Positions 1-12,331 of a stretch of 64,000 nucleotides of DNA are shown piece after piece; the stretch's first letter is position 1, and every line of letters begins with the position of its first letter. Location: the NCBI GenBank assembly GCA_022843905.1, contig JALHMT010000020.1, positions 371 through 64,370 on the forward strand. The letters run 5' to 3'. The notes under the pieces are model-generated. The model was not told the origin of the DNA. It did no database searches and saw only the letters and a list, made by a program, of their open reading frames with translations. A program made the position numbers and the translations under genes. The stretch is from Rubrivivax sp. GTDB taxonomy: Bacteria > Pseudomonadota > Gammaproteobacteria > Burkholderiales > Burkholderiaceae_C.

Positions 1-758
1 GCACGGGAGACCAGGCCCTCGGTGTACGTGGGTTCTGCGGCCAGCGCCTTGTCGTAGAAGGCCAGCGCAGTCTTCGAGTCCCCCAGCAGGTGGGCGATCG
101 AACCGCGCTTGTAAAGAGCCTCCACCGAATTGGGGCTCAAGGCCAGCGCCTTGTCGGCGGCCGCCGCGGCTTCGTTGATCTGCCGCGCGAGCAACCGAAG
201 GGGAACCTCGGCAAGAAAGCTGCCTGGATTGGCTGGGTCGATGGCGCGGGCGGCTTCGATGAAGCGGAAGGCGCTGCGGGTGTCGCCGACGTCGCCGGCG
301 GCCTGCGCTTTCAGCAGCAGCAGCGCCGTCTGCACGCCCGCAGGCAGCCCGGCCTCGGCGAACTTGGGGTCGTCGAGCAGGGGCTGCGGTTTGGCCTGCG
401 TGAGCATGGCGTTGGCCAGCGGCACCACCACCTCGGCCCGGTTCACGCCCAGCCTCAACGCTTCCTCGAAAGCTACTGATGCTGCGATGGGTTCGCTGTT
501 CGCCAGCAGCGCCTTGCCCATCAGCGCCTGCACCGCGATGCTCTTGTTGTCGACCTTCAGCGCGTTCTTCAACTGCACCACGGCGCCCGCGAAGTCCTTC
601 TTCTCGTAGCGCGTGAGCGCGTCTTCGTAGAAGCGCGAGGCCTTGGGATCGAGCTGGGCGTGGCTGGTGGCGCTGGCCAGCGCGAGCAGGGCGGCGGCGG
701 CGACCCTTCGCAGCGCGACACCGCGCGACGTGGGGCTGGGGTGGGTAGGATTTTTCAC
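1..758 (-). CDS. prsT: PEP-CTERM/exosortase system TPR-repeat protein PrsT (N-terminal part; runs off the window edge)
   Basis: Not in the ORF track; translated by hand from GTG at 758. Signal peptide, then ASRFYEDALTRYEKKDFAGAVVQLKNAL...AFEEALRLGVNRAEVVVPLA and TPR-like helices, typical of the PrsT N-terminus. Confidence 0.8.
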   Translation of the reverse strand, partial: MKNPTHPSPTSRGVALRRVAAAALLALASATSHAQLDPKASRFYEDALTRYEKKDFAGAVVQLKNALKVDNKSIAVQALMGKALLANSEPIAASVAFEEALRLGVNRAEVVVPLANAMLTQAKPQPLLDDPKFAEAGLPAGVQTALLLLKAQAAGDVGDTRSAFRFIEAARAIDPANPGSFLAEVPLRLLARQINEAAAAADKALALSPNSVEALYKRGSIAHLLGDSKTALAFYDKALAAEPTYTEGLVSR

Positions 759-950
759 CCCCGAATGCTAGAAGTTTCCACTCACCAGCAGCGAGCTTCG
801 ACCCGCAGATTCCGAGGGGGAAGCGGCAGATTTACCGCCTGGACACCCCCGATCCGGGGGGCAGATGCCGGCGCCGGGCCGCCGGCCCCGCGCCGGCGGG
901 CCCGGCGCGCCGCGCGCACAATGTACGGCTCGACCGTGGAGATCGCGACC

Positions 951-2510
951 ATGAAGTCCCTGTTCTGCGCTGCCGCCATCGCGGCTCTGCTTGCATCCGG
1001 CGCGCCCCTCCACGCCGCACCCGGCCTGCCGTCGACCCAGGTCGCCTGGCTGCCGGCCGCGGCCGACGCCGACATCGACCGCGCCTTCGCCAGGGCGCGC
1101 GCCGAGAAGAAGCCGGTGCTGCTGTACTGGGGCGCCACCTGGTGCCCGCCCTGCAACCAGCTCAAGGCGACGCTGTTCAACCGCCAGGACTTCGCAGCGC
1201 AGTCGCGCTCCTTCGTGGCCGTGCACGTCGACGGCGACCGACCGGGCGCGCAGAAGCTGGGCAAGCGCTTCCAGGTCACCGGCTACCCGACGATGGTGCT
1301 CTTCAGCCCCGACGGCACGGAGATCACCCGGCTGCCGGGCGAGGTGGACGCGCCGCAGGTGATGCAGCTGCTGCAGCTGGGCCTGTCGGGCGGCCGGCCG
1401 GTGAAGGCGGTGCTGGCCGACGCGCGTGCCGGCCAGCCGCTGTCGGCCAACGAGTGGCGGCTGCTGGCCTTCTATGCCTGGGAGACCGGCGACCAGCGGA
1501 TGGTGCCGCGCACCGAGCTGCCCGGCCTGCTGGCGCAGCTGGCCGTGGCCAGCCCGCCGGCCGACAGCGAGACCACCACGCGCCTGTGGCTGAAGGCCTT
1601 GGCCGCCAGCGACGAAGGCCAGGGCCTGAAGGCCGACTACGGCCTGCGGCAGCGCGTGATGCGGGTGCTGGTCGACCCGGCGCAGTCGCGCCTGCACATG
1701 GACGTGCTGAGCAATGGCGCGCGAGACATCGTGCGCACCCTGTCCGACGACGATTCTGCCGACCGCGCGCCGCTGGTGGCGTCGTACGAGGCGGCGCTGA
1801 AGCGGCTGGAAGGCGATGCCACGCTGTCGCGCGCCGACCGGCTGGGCGCGCTGGTGGCGCGCATCGAGCTGGCCCGCCTCGGCCAGCCCAAGGACAGCGT
1901 GCAGCCGCAGCTGCCCGAGGCGCTGCTGCAGGACGTGCGCGAGCACGTGGCGCGCGCCGATCGCGAGATCACCGACGGCTACGAACGCATGGCCGTCATC
2001 ACCGGGGCCGGCTACACGCTGGGCCATGCCGGCCTGTGGACTGAAAGCGATGCGCTGCTGAAGGCCAACCTGCAGAAGACCAGCTCGCCCTACTACCTGA
2101 TGAGCCAGCTGGCCGGCAACGCACGCAAGCTGGGCCGCAAGGACGAAGCGCTGCGCTGGTACGAGCAAGCCTTCACGAAGAGCGAGGGACCGGCGACCCG
2201 CCTGCAGTGGGGAGCCAGCTACCTGAGCGCGCTGGTCGACCTGGCGCCGCAGGGCGCGCCGCGCATCGAGAAGGCCGCCTCGCAGCTGCTGGCGGAAGCG
2301 TCGCGCGACGCCGGCGCCTTCGACGGCCGCAGCCTGCGTTCGCTGCAGCGCATGGGCAGCAAGCTGTCGAGCTGGAACGCCGACGGCAAGCAGGCCGCCA
2401 CGCTGAAGCGCTTGCAGGCCCAGCTGGGCGGCGTGTGCGCCAAGGTGGAGGCGGCCGAAGGCCGAAAGGCGGCCTGCCAGGCGCTGCTGAAGCCGGCTGC
2501 CAAGGCATGA
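951..2510 (+). CDS. Exported thioredoxin-fold protein with C-terminal TPR-like helical region
   Basis: ATG 951 after GGAG; signal peptide; YWGATWCPPC motif, GYPT cis-Pro loop; ATGA overlap with the next gene. Confidence 0.8.
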   Translation: MKSLFCAAAIAALLASGAPLHAAPGLPSTQVAWLPAAADADIDRAFARARAEKKPVLLYWGATWCPPCNQLKATLFNRQDFAAQSRSFVAVHVDGDRPGAQKLGKRFQVTGYPTMVLFSPDGTEITRLPGEVDAPQVMQLLQLGLSGGRPVKAVLADARAGQPLSANEWRLLAFYAWETGDQRMVPRTELPGLLAQLAVASPPADSETTTRLWLKALAASDEGQGLKADYGLRQRVMRVLVDPAQSRLHMDVLSNGARDIVRTLSDDDSADRAPLVASYEAALKRLEGDATLSRADRLGALVARIELARLGQPKDSVQPQLPEALLQDVREHVARADREITDGYERMAVITGAGYTLGHAGLWTESDALLKANLQKTSSPYYLMSQLAGNARKLGRKDEALRWYEQAFTKSEGPATRLQWGASYLSALVDLAPQGAPRIEKAASQLLAEASRDAGAFDGRSLRSLQRMGSKLSSWNADGKQAATLKRLQAQLGGVCAKVEAAEGRKAACQALLKPAAKA

Positions 2511-4450
2511 GCCGGGACGGAGACGTCGACCAGGCGCGGCGCCGCCTGGCCGCCATGCTGCTGGCCTCGCCCCTGGCGGGCGAGCTGGCCGCCGCCAACC
2601 TGGCGCCTTCCCCCTCGCCACAGGCGCCGGCCGACGGCCTGCCCTACACGGGCCGCTGGGTGCACGCCTTCGCGGCCTACGGTGCGCCCAAGTACGGACC
2701 CGATTTCAAGCACTTCGACTACGTCGAACCCGATGCCCCCAAGGGCGGCACGCTGCGCCTGAAGAACCCCGACCGGCGCACGAGCTTCGACAAGTACAAC
2801 CCCTGGACACTTCGGGGCAACGCGCCGGCCGGTGTGATGATCTGGATGGTCGAAGGCCTGATGCACATGGGTCAGGACGAGCCGGCCTCGATGTACCCGC
2901 TGCTCGCCGAGAGCTTGATGGTCGCGCCCGACTTCTCGTCGGTGACGTTCCGCCTCCACCCGAAGGCGCGTTTCAACAACGGCGACCCGGTGATGGCCGA
3001 GGACGTGCGTCACAGCTTCGAGACGCTGAAATCGAGTCTCGCCCATCCGATCTACCGCACCGCGGTGGCGCCGATCGAACGCGTGGAAGTGATCGATGCA
3101 CGCACGCTGCGCGTGGACCTGAAGGAGAAGAACCGCGACAGCGTGTTCGTTGCCGGCACGATGCCGGTGTTCTCGCGCAAGTGGGGCGGCGGCAAGCCCT
3201 TCGACCAGATCGTCACCGAGTACCCCATCGTCAGCGGCCCCTACCTGATCGACCGCGTGGACATGCCGCGGCGCATCGAGTTCCGCTTCGACCCGCAGTA
3301 CTGGGGCCGTGACCTGCCGGTGCGGCGCGGCCACTTCAACTTCGAGCGCGTGGTCTACCGCAACTACAACGACGAAGCGGTGGCGCGGGAGGCCTTCAAG
3401 GCCGGCGAGTTTCACCTCATGAAGGAATACAGCGCGCGGGCCTTCGTGCGCCAGCATGCCGGGGTGAAGTGGGACGACGGTCGCATCAGGAAGGCCATCC
3501 TGCCCACCCGCTACGGGCAGTACCTGCAGAGCTACCAGCTGAACCTGCGCCGTCCGATCTTCCAGGACATCCGCGTGCGCGAGGCGCTGGGCCTGACCTA
3601 CGACTTCGAGATCCGCAACAAGACCGGCATGTTCAAGCGCGCCAGCAGCATGTTCAACAACTCGGAGTTCGCAGCGCAAGGCCTGCCGAGCGCGGCCGAG
3701 CTGGCGCTGCTGGAGCCCTTTCGCGCCGAGCTGCCGCCGCGTGTGTTCGGCCCGGCCTTCGTGTCGCCGCGCACCGACGACGCGCCGAACGCCCTGCGGC
3801 GCAACCTGCTGCGTGCGCGCGACCTGCTGGAGCAGGCCGGCTGGAAGCCCGACGCCGCCGGCAAGCTGCGCAACGCCCAGGGCGAGGCCTTCGTGTGGGA
3901 GCACATGGAGGTCAACGTCGGCAACATCAACGACTGGCAATCGAACCTGAACAAGCTGGGCATCGAGCTGAAGCAGCGGCAGGTGGACTTCGCCTTGTAC
4001 CGGCGGCGCCTGGAGCAGTACGACTTCGACAGCGTGGTCATCGTCGAAGGCCGCTTCACGCTGCCCAGCGCCAGCAGCCTGACGGCCAGCTATGGCAGTG
4101 CCTCGGCCGACCAGCAGGGCAATGCGAACTATCGCGGCGTGAAGAGCCGCGCGGTCGACTCGTTGCTGGAGACCATGGGCAAGGTGCAGACGCTGGCCGA
4201 ACTGCGCGACGTCGCGCGCGCGCTCGACCGCGTGGTGATGTGGAACTTCTGGCAGATCCCGGACCTGTTCTCGGGGCGGGAGGCGATCTCGTACTGGGAC
4301 CGCTTCGGCATGCCCAAGGTGATGGCGCACTACTTCCAGGCCGACACCTTGATCAGCGGCTTCGACGAACACGGCCCCTGGCCGCTGTGGACCTGGTGGG
4401 ACAAGTCGCTGGGCGGCGGCGCGGCCGGCACCGCGGACAGAAAGGGCTGA
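2507..4450 (+). CDS. yejA: Peptide ABC transporter solute-binding protein (YejA/microcin C-type), Tat signal
   Basis: ARRRL Tat-like leader; KYGPDFKHFDYVEPDAPKGGTL, DIRVREALGL and RALDRV motifs. Confidence 0.85.
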   Translation: MSRDGDVDQARRRLAAMLLASPLAGELAAANLAPSPSPQAPADGLPYTGRWVHAFAAYGAPKYGPDFKHFDYVEPDAPKGGTLRLKNPDRRTSFDKYNPWTLRGNAPAGVMIWMVEGLMHMGQDEPASMYPLLAESLMVAPDFSSVTFRLHPKARFNNGDPVMAEDVRHSFETLKSSLAHPIYRTAVAPIERVEVIDARTLRVDLKEKNRDSVFVAGTMPVFSRKWGGGKPFDQIVTEYPIVSGPYLIDRVDMPRRIEFRFDPQYWGRDLPVRRGHFNFERVVYRNYNDEAVAREAFKAGEFHLMKEYSARAFVRQHAGVKWDDGRIRKAILPTRYGQYLQSYQLNLRRPIFQDIRVREALGLTYDFEIRNKTGMFKRASSMFNNSEFAAQGLPSAAELALLEPFRAELPPRVFGPAFVSPRTDDAPNALRRNLLRARDLLEQAGWKPDAAGKLRNAQGEAFVWEHMEVNVGNINDWQSNLNKLGIELKQRQVDFALYRRRLEQYDFDSVVIVEGRFTLPSASSLTASYGSASADQQGNANYRGVKSRAVDSLLETMGKVQTLAELRDVARALDRVVMWNFWQIPDLFSGREAISYWDRFGMPKVMAHYFQADTLISGFDEHGPWPLWTWWDKSLGGGAAGTADRKG

Positions 4451-4459
4451 AGGCTGCAC

Positions 4460-5497
4460 ATGCTCTTCTACATCTTCAAGCGCGTGCTGCTGATGATCCC
4501 GACGCTGCTGGGCGCGCTGACCATCACCTTCGTGGTGATGCAGTTCGTGCCCGGCGGGCCGGTCGAGCAGATCCTGGCCGAAGCGCGCGCCGGGGCCGCG
4601 GCCGGCGACGCCAGCGGCTACAAGGCCGGGCGCGACCTCGACGCCAAGCAGCGCGAGGAGCTGATGAAGCTCTACGGCTTCGACAAGCCGGCGCACGTGC
4701 GCTACTTCGAGATGCTGGGCAACTACCTGCAGTTCGACCTGGGCCGCAGCTTCCTGCAGAACAAGGGCGTCTGGGAGCTGATCAAGGAAAAGCTGCCGGT
4801 GTCGATCTCGCTCGGGCTGTGGACCTTCCTCATCAGCTACCTCATCAGCATCCCGCTGGGCGTGAGCAAGGCGGTGCGCGAAGGCACGCGCTTCGACACG
4901 CTGACCACCTTCGTGGTGCTGCTGGGCTACGCGATCCCGGGCTTCGTGCTGGGGGTGCTGCTGATCGTGCTGTTCGCCGGGGGCACCTTCCTCGACTGGT
5001 TCCCGCTGCGCGGGCTGACCAGCGACAACTGGGACGAACTGTCGACCCTGGGCAAGATCAAGGACTACTTCTGGCACCTGACGCTGCCGCTGATCTGCCT
5101 GGTGATCCAGCAGTTCGCGGTGGTCACGCTGCTGACGAAGAACACCTTCGTCGAGGAGATCCGCAAGCAGTACGTGCTGGTGGCGCGCGCCAAGGGCCTG
5201 AGCCAGGACCGCGTGCTCTACAAGCACATCTTCCGCAATGCGCTGATCCCGCTGGTGACGGGGTTTCCGGCGGCCTTCATCGGCGCCTTCTTCGCGGGCT
5301 CGGTGCTCATCGAGACGCTGTTCTCGCTCGACGGCCTGGGCCTGCTGTCCTACGAGAGCGTGGTGCGGCGCGACTATCCGGTGGTGCTGGGCAGCCTGTA
5401 CCTGTTCACGCTGATCGCCCTGGTCGTCAAGCTGGTGTCCGACGTGCTGTACACGGTGGTCGACCCGCGCGTGCAGTTCGGCGCGGCGGGCAAGTGA
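4460..5497 (+). CDS. yejB: Peptide ABC transporter permease
   Basis: KRVLLMIPTLLG, QFVPGGPVE, ARAKGLS EAA loop, DPRV C-terminus. Confidence 0.88.
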   Translation: MLFYIFKRVLLMIPTLLGALTITFVVMQFVPGGPVEQILAEARAGAAAGDASGYKAGRDLDAKQREELMKLYGFDKPAHVRYFEMLGNYLQFDLGRSFLQNKGVWELIKEKLPVSISLGLWTFLISYLISIPLGVSKAVREGTRFDTLTTFVVLLGYAIPGFVLGVLLIVLFAGGTFLDWFPLRGLTSDNWDELSTLGKIKDYFWHLTLPLICLVIQQFAVVTLLTKNTFVEEIRKQYVLVARAKGLSQDRVLYKHIFRNALIPLVTGFPAAFIGAFFAGSVLIETLFSLDGLGLLSYESVVRRDYPVVLGSLYLFTLIALVVKLVSDVLYTVVDPRVQFGAAGK

Positions 5498-5528
5498 TGG
5501 TGGAGCACGCCGTGCGCAAGGGTGTCCG

Positions 5529-6601
5529 ATGAGTGCCGTTCTCGATCCCTCCCTGGCTCCCGAGCCCGCGGTGCCGGCAGCGCCAGCGCTGTCGCCCAAC
5601 CAGCGCGCCTGGGCGCGCTTCAAGCGCAACCGGCTGGGCTATGTGTCGCTGTGGGCCTTCGGCCTGCTGCTGGTGCTGGCCACCTTCGCCGAGCTGCTGA
5701 GCAACGACCGGCCCTTCGTCGCACGCGTCGACGGCCAGTGGCACGCGCCGCTGTTCGACAACCCGTCCGAGAAGGCGCTGGGTGGCGACTTCACGACGCC
5801 CACGGACTGGAAGGACCCGTTGATCGCCCAGATCCTGGCCCAGCCCGGCAACCTGGCCTTCTTCGCCATCAACCGCCACTCGGCCGACTCGATCGACTAC
5901 TTCGACCCGCGCATGTCGCCCAGCCCGCCCGATGCACGCAACTGGCTGGGCACCGATTCCAAGGGCCGCGACATGCTGGCGCGGCTGCTCTACGGATTCC
6001 GCGTCAGCATCTGGTTCGCGCTGGCGCTGACCTTCGTCGGCACGGTGATCGGGGTGCTCGCGGGCGCGGTGCAGGGCTACTTCGGCGGTCGGGTCGATCT
6101 GTTCCTGCAGCGTTTCGTCGAGATCTGGGGCGCCGTGCCCGAGCTGTACCTGCTGATCATCTTCGCCAGCATCTTCGAGCCCTCGCTGCTGCTGCTGCTG
6201 GTGCTGCTGGCGCTGTGGGGCTGGATGGGGCTGAGCGACTACGTGCGCGCCGAGTTCCTGCGCAACCGCAGCCTGGAGTACGTGAAGGCAGCGCGCGCGC
6301 TGGGCCTGTCCACCGGGCAGATCATCTGGCGCCACGTGCTGCCGAACTCGATGACGCCGGTGATCACCTTCCTGCCGTTCCGCATGAGCGGGGCGATCCT
6401 GGCGCTGACCTCGCTGGACTTCCTGGGCCTGGGCGTGCCGGCCAGCACCGCGTCGCTGGGCGAGCTGCTCAAGCTCGGCAAGGAGAACCTCGATGCCTGG
6501 TGGATCATCGTGCCGACCTTCGTCGTGCTGGTGGTGACCATGCTGCTGCTGACCTTCATCGGCGACGCGCTGCGCGACGCCTTCGACACCCGGAAGTCCT
6601 G

Positions 6602-6602
<1 letters not shown>
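5529..6602 (+). CDS. yejE: Peptide ABC transporter permease
   Basis: RFKRNRLGY, NWLGTDSKGRDMLARLLYGFR, GDALRDAFD. Confidence 0.88.
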
Positions 6603-8191
<1,589 letters not shown>

Positions 8192-8202
8192 CGCTCACAC
8201 GC

Positions 8203-8829
8203 TCAGACCGGCAGGTAGCGCTGGTCGGAGTACGTGGCCAGCCATTGCGGCCGGAAGGCCACCATGGTGGCCACCAGCATGCCGGTGGTGAAGGCCTCGC
8301 CCCAGCCGATCAGCCAGTAGCCCACCAGCATGTCGGCCAGCGCCAGCCCTTGCGGCGAGCCGTGCAGCAGGGCGTGCACCGAGCCGGCCGTGCAGACCGC
8401 CAGCGCCGTGGCGAAGAAGCCGCGACCGAGGATGTAGACGAAGAGGTGGTTGGGCAGCCAGCGGCGGATCGCCAAGCCCGTGAGCAGCGCCAGCGTGGCC
8501 GGCGCGAGGCCGAACCAGAGCAGGCTGTCGACGGCGCCGGCCAGCGGCTGGCCGCCCATCCAGGTGCCCAGCAGGGCGACCGGCACCAGCGTCCAGCAGG
8601 CCAGCGGCCAGCCGACCATCAGCACCAGCAGGCAGGCGCCCGAGATCTGCAGCACGGCGCCCGACGAGGTGGCCGCGGCGGCGCCCCAGCCCCAGGGCAG
8701 CACCACCAGGGCGGCCAGCCAGGGGTTCTGCAGCGGGCGGTTGCGCAGCATGCTCCAGGGCTTGAAGACGGCGGCCAACGTCAGCACCGACAGCGTCAGT
8801 GCCCATTCGATGAGCGACAGGTCGGGCAT
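8203..8829 (-). CDS. Membrane protein, ECF S-component/CbiM-like family
   Basis: About 6 TM helices; PNHLFVYILGRGF and WGEAFTTGMLV...RPQWLAT motifs. Confidence 0.65.
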   Translation of the reverse strand: MPDLSLIEWALTLSVLTLAAVFKPWSMLRNRPLQNPWLAALVVLPWGWGAAAATSSGAVLQISGACLLVLMVGWPLACWTLVPVALLGTWMGGQPLAGAVDSLLWFGLAPATLALLTGLAIRRWLPNHLFVYILGRGFFATALAVCTAGSVHALLHGSPQGLALADMLVGYWLIGWGEAFTTGMLVATMVAFRPQWLATYSDQRYLPV

Positions 8830-8954
8830 GGCGTGGCTCCTGGATCAGCGAGAGGCCGTTCGTGGCCGTGCCCGGTGCCTTGACCGGGGACCTCGAGACG
8901 GTGCAGCGGTCCGGCCGCCCTGCAGCAATCCGTGTGCCGCGGCAGGGAGGCCGC

Positions 8955-9620
8955 TCATCGTGCACCGGCCGCGCGCAGCAGCGCCGCCACCGCATCCTGG
9001 CCCCGCTGCGTCGCATGGGCCAGCGGCGTCACGCCGTTGCGGTCGGGCAGGCCCGGCTGGGCGCCGTGGGCCAGCAGCAGGCGCACGATCTCGGTGTGCC
9101 GCGGCCCGCCGTCACCCAGGATCACGGCTTCGAGCAGGGCCGTCCAGCCGAGGTTGTTGACATGGTCGACGGCGATCTTCGTCCCCAGCAGCAGGCGCAC
9201 CGTCTCGACGTGGCCGTAATGGCAGGCCGGGATGAGCGCCGTGCCGCCATAGCGGTTGGTGCTCTTCAGGTCGGCGCCGGCGGCCAGCGCCAGTCGCAGG
9301 ATCTCGGTGCGGCCGCGCGCACCCGCGAGCAGGTAGGCGCTGTCCTGGATGTGGTCCTGCGCGTTGACGTCGGCGCCGCGCGAGATGAGCACGCGCGCGG
9401 CTTCGATGTGGCCGCCCTGCGTGGCCGCGAGCACGGCGTTGCGGCCCTGGCGGTCGCGTGCGTTGATGGGCGCCCCGGCGTCCAGCAGGCGCTGCACGGC
9501 GAGCGCGTCGCCGCGCAGTGCGGCGGCGATCAGCGGCTCGGCGTCGGCCTGCGTCCATGCTGGGGCGACCCAGACCAGCGCGGCCAGCCCCGCCATGCAG
9601 CGCCTGCGTCGGAGCTGCAT
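8955..9620 (-). CDS. Exported ankyrin-repeat protein
   Basis: Repeated G.TAL/TPL...GADVN ankyrin units; RRRR-containing signal peptide. Confidence 0.88.
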   Translation of the reverse strand: MQLRRRRCMAGLAALVWVAPAWTQADAEPLIAAALRGDALAVQRLLDAGAPINARDRQGRNAVLAATQGGHIEAARVLISRGADVNAQDHIQDSAYLLAGARGRTEILRLALAAGADLKSTNRYGGTALIPACHYGHVETVRLLLGTKIAVDHVNNLGWTALLEAVILGDGGPRHTEIVRLLLAHGAQPGLPDRNGVTPLAHATQRGQDAVAALLRAAGAR

Positions 9621-9631
9621 GGCGTCCAGCC

Positions 9632-10240
9632 CTACTTCAGCAGGCCTTCGGCCTTCAGCGCGGCCTGCACCGCGGGCCGGGCGGCCACGCGGCCGAGGTA
9701 GGCGCCCAGGTTCGCCAGGTGCGAGATGTCGACGCCGACGTACTTGCCCCAGCCGGCCACCGTGAACAGGTAGGCGTCGGCGACGGTGAAATCGTCACCC
9801 AGCAAGAAGGACTTGCCGGCCAGCTGCCCGTCCACCCAGGCCATGCGTTCGCCCAGCTTGGCCTTGGCCATGGCCTGCGCCTCGGCCGGCATGCCCGGCG
9901 TGAACAGGGGCGAGAAGCCCTTGTGCAGCTCGGAGGTGATGAAGTTCAGCCACTCCATCAGGCGGTAGCGCTCCATGGTGCCGAAGGCCGGCGCCAGCTT
10001 CTTGGCCGGCACCTGGTCGGCGATGTACTGCACGATGGCCGGGCCTTCGGTGAGGCGCTGACCGTCGTCGAGCTCCAGCAAGGGCACGTAGCCCTTGGTA
10101 TTGAGGGTGGTGAAGTCGGTGCCGTCGGGCAGCTTCTTGGTCTTGGTCGGGGCCAGCACGGCCTGGAACGGCAGGCCGGCCTCGTACAGCGCGATGTGGG
10201 GGCTGAGCGAGCAGGCGCCCGGGCTGTAGTAGAGCTTCAT
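9632..10240 (-). CDS. gstA: Beta-class glutathione S-transferase
   Basis: MKLYYSPGACSLSPHI, GYVP, LTEGPAIVQY, SELHKGF. Confidence 0.93.
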   Translation of the reverse strand: MKLYYSPGACSLSPHIALYEAGLPFQAVLAPTKTKKLPDGTDFTTLNTKGYVPLLELDDGQRLTEGPAIVQYIADQVPAKKLAPAFGTMERYRLMEWLNFITSELHKGFSPLFTPGMPAEAQAMAKAKLGERMAWVDGQLAGKSFLLGDDFTVADAYLFTVAGWGKYVGVDISHLANLGAYLGRVAARPAVQAALKAEGLLK

Positions 10241-10336
10241 GGTGGCTTTCTCTTCCTCGGTGCAAAGGAGTGCCAAGATAGCCGAAAAGTCCGTCCCGTG
10301 CATGGCACGCCGCGTCGCTCTCTTCCGGAGTCCCCC

Positions 10337-10702
10337 ATGAGCCGCCCTGTTTGGCCCGAAGACAAGATCCATCCTGCCGTGCGCGAGCGCGTGGCGCGCC
10401 ACGAGGCGGGCATCGTGCAGGAAGTCCAGGCCGCCGTCGCCGCTCACCCGGTGGTGGTGGTCGGCATGGCGCACAACCCCTTCTCGCGCAAGGCCGTCAA
10501 GTCGCTGGCGGCCGCCGGGCTGCCCTGCCACTACCTGGAGTACGGCAACTACTTCGGCCAGTGGCGGCGCCGCAATGCGCTGAAGATGTGGACCGGCTGG
10601 CCAACGCTGCCCATGGTCTTCGTCAAGGGCGTGCTGGTGGGCGGGGCCGACGACCTGCGCAAGCTCATCGACAGCGGCGAGATCCAGGGCCTGCTGGCTT
10701 GA
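10337..10702 (+). CDS. Glutaredoxin-like protein lacking the usual active-site Cys
   Basis: WPTLPMVFVKGVLVGGADD glutaredoxin C-terminal motif; HNPFS where CxxC/CGFS is expected. Confidence 0.75.
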   Translation: MSRPVWPEDKIHPAVRERVARHEAGIVQEVQAAVAAHPVVVVGMAHNPFSRKAVKSLAAAGLPCHYLEYGNYFGQWRRRNALKMWTGWPTLPMVFVKGVLVGGADDLRKLIDSGEIQGLLA

Positions 10703-10807
10703 GCGCCCGCGTCGTGGCGGCCAGGGGCTGCGAGCTTCGTGCTGCCCTGCACGCCCGCCGCAGCGGGCCTGCCGCGGCGCCGCCGCCGGCGCGCAGAATG
10801 CGCCGCG

Positions 10808-12331
10808 ATGCCTGAACGCCGCGGTCGCCGACCTCACCTGCTCCCTCGCTTGCGCCATCACCTGCGTCGCTCGCCGCGCTGGCTGCTGTGCGCCGCCGCG
10901 GCCCTCGCCTCTGCGCCGACCCTGGCGGCCGAAGGCGCGGGCGGGCTGAAGCCCTGCCGTCTGCAGGCGGTGGAGACCGAGGCGATGTGCGGCTCGGTGC
11001 GGCGACCGCTCGACCCGGCGCAGCCCGACGGACCGGCCATCGATGTGCACTACGCCGTGCTGCCCTCGCTGGCGCAGAACAAGCGTGCCGACCCGGTGTT
11101 CTTCTTCGCCGGAGGCCCGGGGCAGAGCGCCATCGATCTGGCGGGCAGCGTCTCGCGGCTGCTCGGCCGCGTCTCGAACCGGCGCGACATCGTGCTGATC
11201 GACCAGCGCGGCACCGGCCGCAGTGCGCCGCTGAAGTGCCTTGACGAATCCCCCATGCGCCCGCTGCGCGAGCAGGTCGACATGGCGCGGCAGTCGACAG
11301 CGCTCGCGGACTGTCGCGAGCGCCTGCGCGCCTTGCCTCATGGCGACCTGCGGCATTTCACGACCTGGGTGGCGGTGCAGGATGCCGAGGCGGTGCGCCA
11401 GGCCCTGGGCGCCGGCAGCGTCAACCTGGTGGGCGCGTCCTACGGCACGCGTGCCGCGCTGGAGTACCAGCGGCAGTTTCCGACCCGGGTGCGGCGCGCC
11501 GTGCTCGACGGCGTGGCCCCGCCCGACATGGTGCTGCCGGTGGCCTCGTCGACCGACAACCAGGCCGCGCTCGACGCGCTGTGGGCGGCCTGCGAGGCCG
11601 AAGCGGCCTGCCGCGGGCGCTTCCCGGCACTGCGAGAGTCGTGGCGACGGCTGCTCGACAGTCTGCCGCGCGAAGCGGTCGTTGCCCACCCGATGACAGG
11701 TCACAGCGAAACGCTGGTCTTCACGCGCGCGATGGTGCTCGGGCTGGTGCGACAGCCGCTGTACTCGCCGGTGCTCGCGTCGGCGCTGCCGCTGGCCGTC
11801 AGCGAAGCGGCCGACGGGCGTTTCGGGGCGTTGGTGGGCCTGGGCACCGCGCTGGGCGGAGGCCGGCGCGGGCAGGGCGTGGCGGCCGGCATGCACTTCT
11901 CCGTGATCTGCGCCGAGGACCTGCCGCGTGCTGCCGCGGCCGCCGACCCGACGGGCGCCGACTTCGGGGACAGCTTCACCGTGCTTTACCAGCGCGTGTG
12001 CGCCGACTGGCCGCGCGGTGACGTGCCCGCGGCCTTCTACACCGTGCCGCCGGCGCCGGCGCCGGCGCTGCTGCTGTCGGGCGCCATCGACCCCGCCACG
12101 CCGCCGCGCCATGCGGCACGGCTGGCGCAGGCACTGGGGGCGAAGGCCGTGCACGTGGTGGTGCCCAACGCCGGGCACGGCGTGATGGCGATCGGTTGCC
12201 TGCGCGACGTCGTGTTCCGCTTCATCAACGCTGCCGACGACGCGGCGGCGCTGCGGGTCGACGCCGGTTGCGCGGCGTCGGTGCCGCGCCCGCCGGCCTT
12301 CGTGCCGCCTGCGGCCGGAGGACGGTCGTGA
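10808..12331 (+). CDS. Alpha/beta hydrolase (TAP-like, S33 peptidase family)
   Basis: AGGPG, DQRGTGRS, GASYG nucleophile elbow, DPATP, GHG. Confidence 0.85.
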   Translation: MPERRGRRPHLLPRLRHHLRRSPRWLLCAAAALASAPTLAAEGAGGLKPCRLQAVETEAMCGSVRRPLDPAQPDGPAIDVHYAVLPSLAQNKRADPVFFFAGGPGQSAIDLAGSVSRLLGRVSNRRDIVLIDQRGTGRSAPLKCLDESPMRPLREQVDMARQSTALADCRERLRALPHGDLRHFTTWVAVQDAEAVRQALGAGSVNLVGASYGTRAALEYQRQFPTRVRRAVLDGVAPPDMVLPVASSTDNQAALDALWAACEAEAACRGRFPALRESWRRLLDSLPREAVVAHPMTGHSETLVFTRAMVLGLVRQPLYSPVLASALPLAVSEAADGRFGALVGLGTALGGGRRGQGVAAGMHFSVICAEDLPRAAAAADPTGADFGDSFTVLYQRVCADWPRGDVPAAFYTVPPAPAPALLLSGAIDPATPPRHAARLAQALGAKAVHVVVPNAGHGVMAIGCLRDVVFRFINAADDAAALRVDAGCAASVPRPPAFVPPAAGGRS

